A stretch of 64,000 nt of DNA from an uncultured Candidatus Saccharibacteria bacterium. Its GTDB lineage: Bacteria > Patescibacteriota > Minisyncoccia > Phycocordibacterales > UBA5272. The notes below the pieces were generated by a model. That model was not told where the DNA came from. It was given only the letters and a program-made list of their open reading frames with translations, and did no database searches. Shown here piece by piece: positions 7,342-17,105 of the stretch (positions are counted from its first letter, which is position 1; the number at the start of each line of letters is the position of its first letter). Position numbers and translations under genes: made by a program. The DNA is taken from NCBI GenBank assembly GCA_964464695.1, contig CAYXKW010000001.1, positions 36,810 through 100,809 on the forward strand. Reading direction: 5' to 3'.

Positions 7342-8637
7342 ATGATTTCATTTTTGAGAAAAAAATTTAATAGTGCACAACAAGGAGACGGGATTACAAG
7401 GGTGTATTTGGATAATGCCGGAGCGACGGAGATAGGAGAGCGCGCGAAGCGCGCTCTCCTTGAATCCCTCGATATATTCGGTAACCCGTCAGGTATTCAT
7501 AAAGAAGGTGCTCAAGCAGGAGTGTTGTTGGATAAAGCTCGCGCTCTATGTGCAACTGCACTAAATGCTCATGCATATGAAGTCTATTTTCTATCATCTG
7601 GTACTGAGAGTTGTAATCTTGCTGTTATGGGTGTTTATGAAGAATTCAGACGTCTGACTGTCAGACAGTCAGACAGTCAGACAATCCCGCATGTAGTTAC
7701 AAGTGCAATCGAACATCCTTCTGTACTTGAACCAATTAAGTTTCTTGAACGTACCGGAAAGATACGAGTTACCTACTTACCAGTATATGAAGATGGGGTT
7801 GTAAAAGTTCACGACCTACGGGAGGCATTGTGTGAAGAAACAATTCTAGTGAGTGTCATGTATGCAAATAATGAAATTGGAACAATCCAACCAGTAAAAG
7901 AAATTGGTCGTGCTATAGATGAATGGAAGAGGGAACATAATAAAACATTTACATCGTATCCATATTTTCATACGGATGCATGTCAGGCAGCTAACTATTG
8001 TGATCTAGATGTTCTCAGACTTAAATGTCATTTAATGACGGTAAATAGTAGTAAGGTGTACGGTCCAAAAGGATCAGCTCTACTCTATAGACGTGAAGGG
8101 ATAAAACTTGCACCAGTGTCATTAGGTGGAGGACAAGAACGAGGACTTCGAAGTGGGACTGAAGCAGTTGCATTTCATTATGCGTTTGGGGTTGCACTAG
8201 CTGAGGCGTGTGAGATGAGAGAGGAGGAGAGCGCGCGCTTGCGCGCGCTCCGTGATGAAACAGTTGAACTTCTTAAAAAAGAAATTCCATCAGTTATCTT
8301 CTATGGAGCATTTGATGAATATTTTGTATTGCCAAAAGCCAAAAGCCAAAAGCTAAAAGCTGAATTGCGTTTACCAAATAGTATTAACTGTAGAATTCCA
8401 GGAATTAGTAGTGAGGAAATGATTCTCAGATTAGATGCAAAAGGATTCGCGGTATCACACAAAAGTGCGTGCGCTTCCATGGAAACTGAAGGGAGTTATG
8501 TAGTCATGGCACTTGGTGCAACAGAAGTCGAGGCAAACGAAAATATTCGCATATCACTCGGTAGGTCTACGTCTAGGCCAGACCTAGACAGATTGGTTGA
8601 AGCTATGAAAGATATTTCTACAAAATACATCAAATAA
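7342..8637 (+). CDS. Cysteine desulfurase (NifS/IscS-type class V PLP enzyme)
   Basis: YLDNAGAT, SGTESCN, IEHPSV, ANNEIGTIQP, HTDACQ, KVYGPKG, GGGQERGLRSGT, catalytic-loop SAC. Confidence 0.92.
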   Translation: MISFLRKKFNSAQQGDGITRVYLDNAGATEIGERAKRALLESLDIFGNPSGIHKEGAQAGVLLDKARALCATALNAHAYEVYFLSSGTESCNLAVMGVYEEFRRLTVRQSDSQTIPHVVTSAIEHPSVLEPIKFLERTGKIRVTYLPVYEDGVVKVHDLREALCEETILVSVMYANNEIGTIQPVKEIGRAIDEWKREHNKTFTSYPYFHTDACQAANYCDLDVLRLKCHLMTVNSSKVYGPKGSALLYRREGIKLAPVSLGGGQERGLRSGTEAVAFHYAFGVALAEACEMREEESARLRALRDETVELLKKEIPSVIFYGAFDEYFVLPKAKSQKLKAELRLPNSINCRIPGISSEEMILRLDAKGFAVSHKSACASMETEGSYVVMALGATEVEANENIRISLGRSTSRPDLDRLVEAMKDISTKYIK

Positions 8638-8683
8638 GTTGTATACTTTTAGCATCATTATTTAATAAACTCATATACTAACT

Positions 8684-9256
8684 ATGCAACCATACACAGC
8701 AAAAGATTTTTCTCATTTATTAGGCACACCAGGATTTAGTGATGTACTTTTAAATAATCACTTTACGCTATACCAAGGGTATGTAAAGAATACTAATTTA
8801 CTGATTGAAAAGTTTGATAAAGGGGAAGTAGCAAGTGGGACGCCTGAGTATTCTGAGTTACAGCGACGTTTTGGTTGGGAGTGGAATGGTATGCGACTAC
8901 ACGAGCTATATTTTGAAAATATGGCACAATCTGGAGTTGCTCTCACATACGGTGCACTTAAAGAAAAAATTGAAAGAGTGTACGGATCAGTAGAGAATTG
9001 GCAGAAGACTTTTATTGCAACTGGCCTTATGCGTGGGATTGGATGGGTGGTACTTGTTCATGATAAAAGTAAAGATGAACTGTTTACTGTTTGGGTAGAT
9101 GAACACAATACTGGAAATTTAGTTGGGACAACTCCACTTCTTGTTATGGATGTGTTCGAGCATGCGTTTATGGTTGATTACGGACTCAAACGTGCAGATT
9201 ATATAACTGCTTTTATGGCAGCTATTGATTGGAAAGTGGTAGAAAGTCGAATATAA
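8684..9256 (+). CDS. Fe/Mn superoxide dismutase family (ChrC-like subtype)
   Basis: Metal ligands in HFTLYQGY, RLHELYF and DVFEHAF. Confidence 0.88.
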   Translation: MQPYTAKDFSHLLGTPGFSDVLLNNHFTLYQGYVKNTNLLIEKFDKGEVASGTPEYSELQRRFGWEWNGMRLHELYFENMAQSGVALTYGALKEKIERVYGSVENWQKTFIATGLMRGIGWVVLVHDKSKDELFTVWVDEHNTGNLVGTTPLLVMDVFEHAFMVDYGLKRADYITAFMAAIDWKVVESRI

Positions 9257-9265
9257 ATTACATAA

Positions 9266-9305
9266 AAAAGTCGACACACTATTTGGTATTTGTGTGTCGA
9301 CTTTT
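9266..9305. terminator. Bidirectional terminator between convergent genes
   Basis: AAAAGTCGACACAC...GTGTGTCGACTTTT. Confidence 0.75.
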
Positions 9306-9319
9306 GTTGTGAAGAGTTC

Positions 9320-9553
9320 TCATGATGTCTTGGTTACTTTTTTAGGGTGTATTTTTCTCCACAGACTGGCACCTTTTTCTTTTCCTCGTGTGATGAGAAA
9401 ATAGGGGATTCGGAAAAAAATCGTATACAGCACACCCACAAGAAAAAGGAGTAGTAAACCAAGAATGCATAACGCATTGATTACACAAGCTGTAGCAAAC
9501 TCCTCTAATAGCGAAAGAAACTTGGCTCCCAGTGAAGCTAATGTTTTTTTCAT
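9320..9553 (-). CDS. Small orphan membrane protein (77 aa)
   Basis: GGAGG SD before ATG at 9553, hydrophobic helix and basic tail; TTGACA upstream. Confidence 0.6.
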   Translation of the reverse strand: MKKTLASLGAKFLSLLEEFATACVINALCILGLLLLFLVGVLYTIFFRIPYFLITRGKEKGASLWRKIHPKKVTKTS

Positions 9554-9867
9554 AAAATCCTCCCTTTTTTGAATAACGAACAGTAAAATCACAATATTAT
9601 AAAAGTATAATGATGTCAAGTTGACTTCGTTTTTTATTTTTGGCATTGTAAGTATATTCCCGAAATTCCAGAAATGATTGCACTCAGAATGAAATACGTT
9701 TTCTAGCTTATCCACCAGGACTGAAACCTTAAAAACTGATACACTGTAAGTACTCCTGAACACATCCTGAAACGACTGACTAAACGAAATAATCCCGTCT
9801 CGAATATGTATTAACATTATATGGGTCCGTATCTTTATTACTAACCCTTATATTCCAAAATTGACTT

Positions 9868-12570
9868 ATGCCTCCATCATTTAATAATTTTACAACCAAA
9901 GCAAAAGAGGTAATTCGTCGCGCACACGAACTTGCGATAGAGCGCGGACAGAACCAAGTTAGCCCACTTCATTTGATGGGCGCACTTCTCACACAAGAGG
10001 AGTCTCTTGTTCATGCAATATTAGAAAAACTAGAAATCGACATCATTCATTTAACAGATAGCATCATTGATGCGATAGAAGTTCCTGGTGCTTCAGCTAC
10101 CATGAGTCCGTCGTATCAGATGTATCTCACGCCAGAACTCGCTGCTACGTTAGAAGGTTCACTTAAAGTTGCTCAGTCATTTAATGATGAGTTCGTTTCA
10201 ACTGAGCACCTTTTCCTTGCTATCTTAGAATCAACAGGGCAAGTACGAGAAGTGCTTGCGCGATTCAGAATTGAAAAAGATACCGCGTATCATATTTTAG
10301 AAGAACTTCGTACACAAAACATCACAGAAGCTCAAGGTCCAAAGAAAAACAAAGCACTCGCTAAGTACACACGAAACTTCACTGACCTTGCACGTGCAGA
10401 TAAGTTAGATCCAGTAATTGGACGTGATACAGAAATTATGCGACTTATGCAAATTCTTTCTCGTCGTACAAAAAATAATCCAATACTTATTGGTGAGGCA
10501 GGAGTTGGTAAGACAGCTGTTGTAGAAGGACTTGCTATTCGAATGGCGCGCGGTGACGTGCCTGAGAGCTTGAAAGGAAAGGAGCTTGTGTCACTTGATC
10601 TAGGGATGCTTATTGCAGGAACAAAATTCCGCGGGGAATTCGAAGAACGTCTTAAAGCAATCATGAAAGAAATCGAGCGCTCAGAAGGTGGAATCATTCT
10701 TTTCATTGACGAAATTCACACAATTGTAGGAGCCGGAGCAACAGAAGGATCAGCGGACGCTGCGAACCTCCTCAAGCCTGCGCTTTCTCGTGGAGAATTA
10801 CGAGCAATCGGTGCGACAACTCTTAAGGAGTATCAGAAGCATATTGAAAAAGATCCAGCACTCGCTCGACGATTCCAGCCTGTTTTTGTAGAAGAGCCAA
10901 ATGAAGTAGATGCACTCGCTATCTTACGAGGGCTCAAAGAAAAGTACGAGCTCTTCCATGGTGTACGTATTACTGATGATGCGCTCGTTGCTTCAGTTAA
11001 TCTTTCAACACGCTACATTACCTCTCGTTTTTTACCTGATAAGGCGATCGACTTAATAGATGAAGCTGCATCGTCACTTCGTATTGCACTTGAAAACAAA
11101 CCTCCGGTACTTGAAGATGCACACCGAAGAATTATGCGTCTTGAGATCGAAAAAGAAGCCCTCACAAAAGAACTCATTGCAGATAGTGAGAAGGAAGGTG
11201 TTTCTTCGACAAAGAAGCGAATTGCTGTTATTGATGAAGAGATAGCAAATGTCCAGGAAAAAACTCGTGAGCTTGAACTCAAGTGGAAAAATGAAAAGAA
11301 GACACTTGCTGAGATTGGAGAAATAAAGAAAACTCTTGAGTCACTTCGCACAGAAAGTGAGAATGCAGAGTTGCGAGCTGACCTTACACGAGTGGCAGAG
11401 ATTCGATACGGGCAAATTCCAGAACTACAGCGTGAGCTAACCGAAAGAACAGAGAAGTTAAAGAAACTTCAGAAAGTTCGTCGTATCTTAAAAGAAGAAG
11501 TTACCGAAGAAGAAATTGCATCTGTTGTAGCACGTTGGACCGGTATCCCAGTTGTCCGCATGCTTGAAGAAGAAGAATCAAAGCTCTCACGAATGGAAGA
11601 AGAACTCGGTAAGCGTGTGATTAGTCAGCGTGATGCAATTAGTAAGATAAGTGGTGCAGTGCGTAGAAGTCGCGCAGGAATTAATGATCCAGGGCGACCA
11701 ATTGGTTCATTTATTTTCCTTGGTCCAACTGGAGTTGGAAAGACCGAACTCACTAAGGCACTTGCTGAGTTCATGTTTAATGATGAAAAAGCGCTCATCA
11801 AGGTAGATATGAGTGAATACATGGAAAAGCATAGTACAAGTAAATTAATTGGTTCACCTCCAGGATATGTTGGGTATGACGAGTCAGGCCAACTAACAGA
11901 GGCTGTGCGTCATCGGCCGTATTCAGTAATACTTTTTGACGAAGTAGAAAAAGCTCATCCGGAAGTGTTCAACCTACTTCTTCAAGTTCTTGATGAAGGA
12001 CGACTTACAGACAGTAAAGGGCGTGTTGTGAACTTTAAGAATACGATTATTATCATGACCTCTAATATCGGAAGTCAGTACATTCAGAAGATGGAACAGA
12101 TTGGATTTTCTAATCTTGAAGCTGGAGGGGAGTATGCGCAAGTAAAAGATAGAGTTATGGAAGCAGTGAAAGAATTCTTTAAACCAGAATTTTTGAATCG
12201 TCTCGACGAAACAATTATCTTTGATGTCCTCTCAAAGGATGAAGTAAAAGCAATCGTTGGACTTCAGATTGATATTCTTGCAAAGCGTCTTCTAGAAAAA
12301 GAAATTATTCTTGAGGTGACTTCTGAAGCAGTCTCACACATCAGCGAGAAGTCATATGACCCACACTACGGAGCTCGACCTATCAAGCGATTTATTCAGA
12401 CACATATTCTCAATCAAATAGCGTCACTCATGCTTTCTAAGAAGTTTGCAAAGGGAAGTATCGCAGAAGTGTCACTTGATAAGAAGGGAGCAATTCTTGT
12501 TGAAGCCAAGAAGCCACGAAAAATTCCAAGTCCTATCACAAAAGCTGAGATGATGAAGAAGAGTTCGTAG
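9868..12570 (+). CDS. clpB: ATP-dependent chaperone ClpB
   Basis: Clp N-domain, two AAA+ modules ([16 protein letters not shown]) and a long coiled-coil middle domain. Confidence 0.93.
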   Translation: MPPSFNNFTTKAKEVIRRAHELAIERGQNQVSPLHLMGALLTQEESLVHAILEKLEIDIIHLTDSIIDAIEVPGASATMSPSYQMYLTPELAATLEGSLKVAQSFNDEFVSTEHLFLAILESTGQVREVLARFRIEKDTAYHILEELRTQNITEAQGPKKNKALAKYTRNFTDLARADKLDPVIGRDTEIMRLMQILSRRTKNNPILIGEAGVGKTAVVEGLAIRMARGDVPESLKGKELVSLDLGMLIAGTKFRGEFEERLKAIMKEIERSEGGIILFIDEIHTIVGAGATEGSADAANLLKPALSRGELRAIGATTLKEYQKHIEKDPALARRFQPVFVEEPNEVDALAILRGLKEKYELFHGVRITDDALVASVNLSTRYITSRFLPDKAIDLIDEAASSLRIALENKPPVLEDAHRRIMRLEIEKEALTKELIADSEKEGVSSTKKRIAVIDEEIANVQEKTRELELKWKNEKKTLAEIGEIKKTLESLRTESENAELRADLTRVAEIRYGQIPELQRELTERTEKLKKLQKVRRILKEEVTEEEIASVVARWTGIPVVRMLEEEESKLSRMEEELGKRVISQRDAISKISGAVRRSRAGINDPGRPIGSFIFLGPTGVGKTELTKALAEFMFNDEKALIKVDMSEYMEKHSTSKLIGSPPGYVGYDESGQLTEAVRHRPYSVILFDEVEKAHPEVFNLLLQVLDEGRLTDSKGRVVNFKNTIIIMTSNIGSQYIQKMEQIGFSNLEAGGEYAQVKDRVMEAVKEFFKPEFLNRLDETIIFDVLSKDEVKAIVGLQIDILAKRLLEKEIILEVTSEAVSHISEKSYDPHYGARPIKRFIQTHILNQIASLMLSKKFAKGSIAEVSLDKKGAILVEAKKPRKIPSPITKAEMMKKSS

Positions 12571-12588
12571 GGCACAATATCAGAAGAA

Positions 12589-12631
12589 GAAGCAACAAAA
12601 CGAGCGCCTACGGCGCTCGTTTTGTTGCTTC
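12589..12631. terminator. Perfect 20-bp hairpin (GTA triloop on minus strand) after clpB
   Basis: GAAGCAACAAAACGAGCGCC-TAC-GGCGCTCGTTTTGTTGCTTC. Confidence 0.75.
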
Positions 12632-12667
12632 CCAACAACGCTATTTTATGCTATTATTTTCTAACTT

Positions 12668-12751
12668 GCGTCGGTGGTGGAGTGGTCAATCACAACAGAC
12701 TGTAAATCTGTCGCCCTTCGGGCTTCGCTGGTTCAAATCCAGCCCGGCGCA
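12668..12751 (+). tRNA. tRNA-Tyr(GTA)
   Basis: Acceptor stem GCGTCGG/CCGGCGC, anticodon arm ACAGA-CTGTAAA-TCTGT, variable arm, T-arm GCTGG-TTCAAAT-CCAGC. Confidence 0.95.
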
Positions 12752-13078
12752 CATGAAAATCTAAATGCCACAGTTACTGCTGTGGCATTTAGATTTTTAC
12801 TGTGCATTGTGGAGATGGTTTTGAACTGCTGATTAGTAAATCACGCCGTGAGGCGATGGCCGCAGCTTGCATACTCCAAGAGTCACTCTGGTGAGCGAAG
12901 AGCGGGTGTAGGTTTCGAGCTTAGCAAAGCGAGAGACAAATCCAGTCCGGCTTTGGGGGTGTGACGAGGAGTTTTGTGACCAAATCCAGTTGCAAAGCTT
13001 GCATCCAAGTCCAAGACATAACCTTGGTAGGTTAGATGTGAATTTGGCAATTCAGAACTGCTAGTTCGCCTGCGCACA
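12752..13078 (+). repeat. tRNA-linked structured repeat element, same family as 1636-1880
   Basis: 18-bp hairpin 12756-12797; GCTGATTAGTAAATCACGCCGTGAGGCG at 12828-12855; partial tRNA 3' copies at 12937-12951, 12981-12989 and 13068-13078. Confidence 0.75.
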
Positions 13079-13103
13079 AGAAAAATACCCGTTAGGGTAT
13101 TTT

Positions 13104-14222
13104 TTAATGATGGTGATGACTGTCTCCCGTAATTTCTTTTCCGTGAAGCATGTAAGAAGCAATGAGTGTCGTAATTGGTACAGCAAGAACAAGTCCGATA
13201 CTACCTATTAATATACGAACTACTTCCGTAGCAAAGATTTCACTATTTAATATAAAGAGGGCACCAACTGTTGAGCTTTGTATAAGTAAAAGAAGTGGAA
13301 GGGATGCACCAACATAGGCAATTGCAAGTGTGTTAACTAAAGCACCGATGTGTTCTCGTCCAATACGTATCCCGCGCGTGTATACTTCTTTACGACTTAA
13401 ATGTTTTCCTGCTCTTAAAAGTTCTTCTATTACAATTGCTTGACCGATTGCTATATCATAAAGAACTCCAAGTAATCCAATCATGATTCCTCCAAATAAA
13501 AGTCCAACCATGTCAATTGCTCCACGGGTATTAAAGGTAAGATATGTTGCTTCATCTGAACTATATCCACTTAGATTTCCCGCATATACAACGTAGTATG
13601 CAGCTAGGCCTGTAAGGATAACGGTAATAATCATGCCTATTACAGCAGCTGTTGTTGTTCGGTTAAAGCCATGGGTGATATATGACCCAACTATGATGAT
13701 TAATGAGGCTACCCCAGTGCTTACTAGGATTGCATTATGTCCGCCGTATAAACCTGGAATGAGAAGATAGAAAATAAGAAAAAAACTCCCAATCAAACTA
13801 GCTAGACCTCGCACACCCTGAATGCCACCAAAAATAAATATAAGAGCAACAAAAGCAATAGTTAACCATAGAAGAATATCTAACCTGTATGGATCGGCTA
13901 CTGACCAGTAACTAGTATTCTCTAACTGGTTACTCTGATGTCTAGCATAGAAGATTTCTCCTTGCTTGAGTTGAATATAATCATTTTTAAAAGTAACTGT
14001 TTTTCCTTGATCAGGTCCACTAATTACTTCTATTTGTATTGTTTGAACTTGTCCAATTGTGTCAGTTCCTGCAACTGTCGTTGTTCCTTGCTCAATAATT
14101 TTAATTACCTTAGCTTTTTCAAAAGTCTCAGTATCTACTACGAGTGTAGCTTCTTGAGCAAACAACAAAGAAGGTATAAGAGTAATGCTAAGCAGTGAAA
14201 GTAAAAGTAGTTTCTTGAACAT
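13104..14222 (-). CDS. YibE/F-family membrane protein with C-terminal His tract
   Basis: GLLGVLYDIAIGQ, IGREHIGALVNTLAIAYVG, GSIGLVLAVPITT; ends SHHHH. Confidence 0.88.
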   Translation of the reverse strand: MFKKLLLLSLLSITLIPSLLFAQEATLVVDTETFEKAKVIKIIEQGTTTVAGTDTIGQVQTIQIEVISGPDQGKTVTFKNDYIQLKQGEIFYARHQSNQLENTSYWSVADPYRLDILLWLTIAFVALIFIFGGIQGVRGLASLIGSFFLIFYLLIPGLYGGHNAILVSTGVASLIIIVGSYITHGFNRTTTAAVIGMIITVILTGLAAYYVVYAGNLSGYSSDEATYLTFNTRGAIDMVGLLFGGIMIGLLGVLYDIAIGQAIVIEELLRAGKHLSRKEVYTRGIRIGREHIGALVNTLAIAYVGASLPLLLLIQSSTVGALFILNSEIFATEVVRILIGSIGLVLAVPITTLIASYMLHGKEITGDSHHHH

Positions 14223-14240
14223 ATAGTAAGTATATCAATC

Positions 14241-14672
14241 CTATTTTTTACTGCAGACTTTACAAAAACCAAAGAATTCAAGGGAGTGGGAGTTAATGGT
14301 AGAAAAACCTTTTGAAGATCTAAGTACTTCTTTTTGGAGGTTAGTTTGCTCACAGTACGCTATATCTTCTATCTTTCCACATTTCTCGCATACGATATGA
14401 TGATGATGGTGATCTTTGTGCAGAAATTCATAGTACGTTGCTGTATCTTGTAGATGTATCTTTCCTACAATTTTAGATTTTGTGAAGTCTTCAAGAGCAC
14501 GATAGAGGGTAACCTTATCAATCTGACTGTTCATTCCTTTTTGTATGTCTCCTACCGTAAGTGGCTTCTTAGACTGCTTTAAGAATACAAGAAGGGATAC
14601 TCTTCCAGTTGTTACTCGATAGCCGTGTTCTTGTAGTAGCTCTTCACTAGCTAAAACATCTTTAGATTTCAT
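14241..14672 (-). CDS. Fur-family transcriptional regulator (Zur-like)
   Basis: VTLYRAL, HHHHHIVCEKCG, C-terminal GFCKVC. Confidence 0.9.
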   Translation of the reverse strand: MKSKDVLASEELLQEHGYRVTTGRVSLLVFLKQSKKPLTVGDIQKGMNSQIDKVTLYRALEDFTKSKIVGKIHLQDTATYYEFLHKDHHHHHIVCEKCGKIEDIAYCEQTNLQKEVLRSSKGFSTINSHSLEFFGFCKVCSKK

Positions 14673-14694
14673 GGTTGCATTAGTATATCACTAA

Positions 14695-14753
14695 CGCAAC
14701 TCTATTGCAATAGTCTACTGTATACGGTAGTATATATGTGCAACTTAGTTGCG
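14695..14753. promoter_or_regulatory. Candidate Fur/Zur operators in the divergent promoter region
   Basis: Two related imperfect palindromes, CGCAACTCTATTGCA and TGCAACTTAGTTGCG. Confidence 0.6.
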
Positions 14754-14765
14754 AAAGTAAATTGT

Positions 14766-15593
14766 ATGAAAATAGCATTCGTAGGAAAAGGAGGGAGCGG
14801 GAAAAGCTCCGTATCATGGCTAGCAGTTAAGACTATAGAAAATATGGGTTTTTCTGTGTTGGCAATAGACGCAGATCACAATATGGACTTAACATCAAAT
14901 TTAGGACTTGATCCCGATACTACTCCTTTTATGCATAAAACTGAAAAAGAGTTTATGGAGCATGTTGGTGTTGCAAAAGTAAGTGGAGTTCTTGCTAAAG
15001 ATATAAATGATCTTCCTTCGTTTACAACAAACCCACAAGACACCTATACCTCCTCTATTTCAACAAAAGTAAGTGATAAAGTTTCCCTTATTAATATTGG
15101 TCTTGGTGCACCTGATGTGATGTTCTCAGGTAAATGTGCTCATGGACTTTCTGGGCCACTTAAGTACTACCTTGGGCTTCTCAATGAGAAAGATGATTTT
15201 ATTGTGATAGATAGTGTTGCGGGGGCTGACATGCTCAACTATGGACTTTATGCAGGAATTGATGCAGTGATTGGGGTTGTGGAACCTCATCGAAATAGTA
15301 TAAAGGTGTTCGAACAAATACAAGATATTTGCAGGAAGTCTCTTATTCCATGTTTTACGATAGTAAATAAACCAACAGGCAATGACTTCTACAAAGACTT
15401 TGTTTCAAAGAATACAAGTAAGATTTTGGGAGAAATTCCATTTGATGAGAATATTATGAACTATGACTATTTAAAAGTGAAAGAGGGCACAAAAGAAAAT
15501 ATGCGTAATGTTATTGAAAAAGTTAAGAAGTTGAAGAAGCGAGGGAGTCTCTCTACTATTAAAGATTTTCAAGAGATGAAGGCAAGTAAGTAG
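14766..15593 (+). CDS. CooC/MinD-like P-loop ATPase
   Basis: MKIAFVGKGGSGKS deviant Walker A, VLAIDAD, IDSVAG, IVNK; central KCAH where CooC has CxC. Confidence 0.75.
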   Translation: MKIAFVGKGGSGKSSVSWLAVKTIENMGFSVLAIDADHNMDLTSNLGLDPDTTPFMHKTEKEFMEHVGVAKVSGVLAKDINDLPSFTTNPQDTYTSSISTKVSDKVSLINIGLGAPDVMFSGKCAHGLSGPLKYYLGLLNEKDDFIVIDSVAGADMLNYGLYAGIDAVIGVVEPHRNSIKVFEQIQDICRKSLIPCFTIVNKPTGNDFYKDFVSKNTSKILGEIPFDENIMNYDYLKVKEGTKENMRNVIEKVKKLKKRGSLSTIKDFQEMKASK

Positions 15594-15684
15594 TACTCAA
15601 TACGTTTTGTCTGCATGTAAGTATGCAGGTAAAACGTCAGAGTGTTCCTTATCATCATTCCAACTTTATATGGAGAAGTTCATT

Positions 15685-16035
15685 ATGTCTTTGCCTTCAA
15701 TCGCAACTGTTGATACCAAGAACCTGAAGCCAGAACAGCTGGAAGATCTGCTGTTTGAGGCTATCAAGAAAGACCTTCCTTTAGCATTCGCATGGTTCAA
15801 AGGTCTGAGCCTTGGAATTCACCACAAGGAAGATCCTGCGAGCCCACTTGCGGCTCAAATCAAGCGTGTTGTTGCCGACGGCATGCGTCACGTTCTGGAG
15901 AAGAAGCTGTTTAACGGTAAGCGAATTGTTTTCGCAAACTGCTGTGACGTGATTGTTGACCCTCCTAAAGGATTCAACTCTGTCCTGTTTCAGTTCGAGA
16001 CACAGAACGGGAGGCTCAACTATGTCGATTGCTGA
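15685..16035 (+). CDS. Orphan hypothetical protein
   Basis: GGAG SD; overlaps the next ORF; contains NCCD and C-terminal VDC. Confidence 0.6.
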   Translation: MSLPSIATVDTKNLKPEQLEDLLFEAIKKDLPLAFAWFKGLSLGIHHKEDPASPLAAQIKRVVADGMRHVLEKKLFNGKRIVFANCCDVIVDPPKGFNSVLFQFETQNGRLNYVDC

Positions 16036-16393
16036 GAAGTCATTCAGTGCTTTTCTACTTGAGAACGCAGGTCATCTCCTCGAGCATTGTCTCAAGGAAG
16101 GATTTACTTTCTCAGTTAAGGAAGGATCACAATGCATAACGGTAAAGTGTATACTTCCAAGTGGGTATGTTCGATTTGTCATCTTTGATGATCATCGCAC
16201 TGAGAACCCGCATGGTGGGAAACCTCATGTGTGCAATCAGTGGCACAAAGCAGTAGGTGACCCTATTTCATTTACAATGGGGAAAGAGGTCAGCAGTGAT
16301 TTACAACTTCAAAGCGTGCTACAAGCTACAGCTGTAATGTGCCTTACTCAAAGCGATGCATACAGTGATATGAAATCAAAAATTTTTATTTAA
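16022..16393 (+). CDS. Orphan hypothetical protein
   Basis: GGGAGG SD inside the upstream ORF; followed by hairpin AAAAGCGTC-TAGGT-GACGCTTTTT. Confidence 0.6.
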   Translation: MSIAEKSFSAFLLENAGHLLEHCLKEGFTFSVKEGSQCITVKCILPSGYVRFVIFDDHRTENPHGGKPHVCNQWHKAVGDPISFTMGKEVSSDLQLQSVLQATAVMCLTQSDAYSDMKSKIFI

Positions 16394-16534
16394 TAAAAGC
16401 GTCTAGGTGACGCTTTTTAGTATTAAATGAATCAGAAAAATGGTTTATGGCTGCTATGTAGTGTATTACGCTGTACCTAGCTATTTTTTATGCATACAGT
16501 AAACTTTGCTCAGTAGATTCACACAGGAGCATCT

Positions 16535-16714
16535 ATGCTGAAATTTCCTTGGTATTTTGATCCATTAATAGTTCACAGAATGGTAAATGAACGGCCATTC
16601 CATACATACAACCCGATGATGTTTGCAGGAGTGCTCATGGGGAGACCACTTGTAGCTGGAATAGCAATGATGGTGCCATTCGCATCTCTCTTTTTATTCC
16701 CAACGAGGAAGTGA
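16535..16714 (+). CDS. Small orphan membrane peptide (59 aa, not in ORF track)
   Basis: AGGAG SD, MLKFPWYFDP...PFASLFLFPTRK, followed by terminator GGCGCAACT-GCA-AGTTGCGCC-T-tract. Confidence 0.55.
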   Translation: MLKFPWYFDPLIVHRMVNERPFHTYNPMMFAGVLMGRPLVAGIAMMVPFASLFLFPTRK

Positions 16715-16785
16715 TATTGTTTCAAACGGCGCAACTGCAAGTTGCGCCTTTTTTAGCACTCTACGAATTAAGTCTGTTGCATTTC

Positions 16786-16805
16786 ATATTAGTATATGCT
16801 AATAT
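16786..16805. promoter_or_regulatory. Candidate ArsR/SmtB-type operator
   Basis: ATATTAG-N6-CTAATAT immediately upstream of the arsR-family start. Confidence 0.6.
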
Positions 16806-16811
16806 TAATAC

Positions 16812-17075
16812 ATGATCGATAAACATAAAGAAGAGGGTCTTTTTAAAGCAATTGGAAATCGTGAGCGAGTACAACTAATCTGTTGTCTTGCAAAGACCCA
16901 AAGTGTCACTGAGCTACTAGATAAGTGCGAGTTATCACAATCCGCATTGTCACAGCATCTAAAGATTTTAAAAGATGTAGGAATCATAGAGTGTGTTCGT
17001 GACGGCAAAAAACAAATGTATTCGGTCGTGAATACTGAGATACTTAAAGTTGCCCGAATACTATTACAACAATAA
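16812..17075 (+). CDS. ArsR/SmtB-family repressor
   Basis: FKAIGNRERVQLI, SQSALSQHLKILK, RDGKKQMYS. Confidence 0.9.
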   Translation: MIDKHKEEGLFKAIGNRERVQLICCLAKTQSVTELLDKCELSQSALSQHLKILKDVGIIECVRDGKKQMYSVVNTEILKVARILLQQ

Positions 17076-17105
17076 TAATTAGTACAAACATTTAATTTCA
17101 AATAT

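Noticed and set aside
16753-16779. CIRCE element (TTAGCACTC half-site)
   Set aside because: The second half GAGTGCTAA is absent, and the match overlaps a terminator T-tract.
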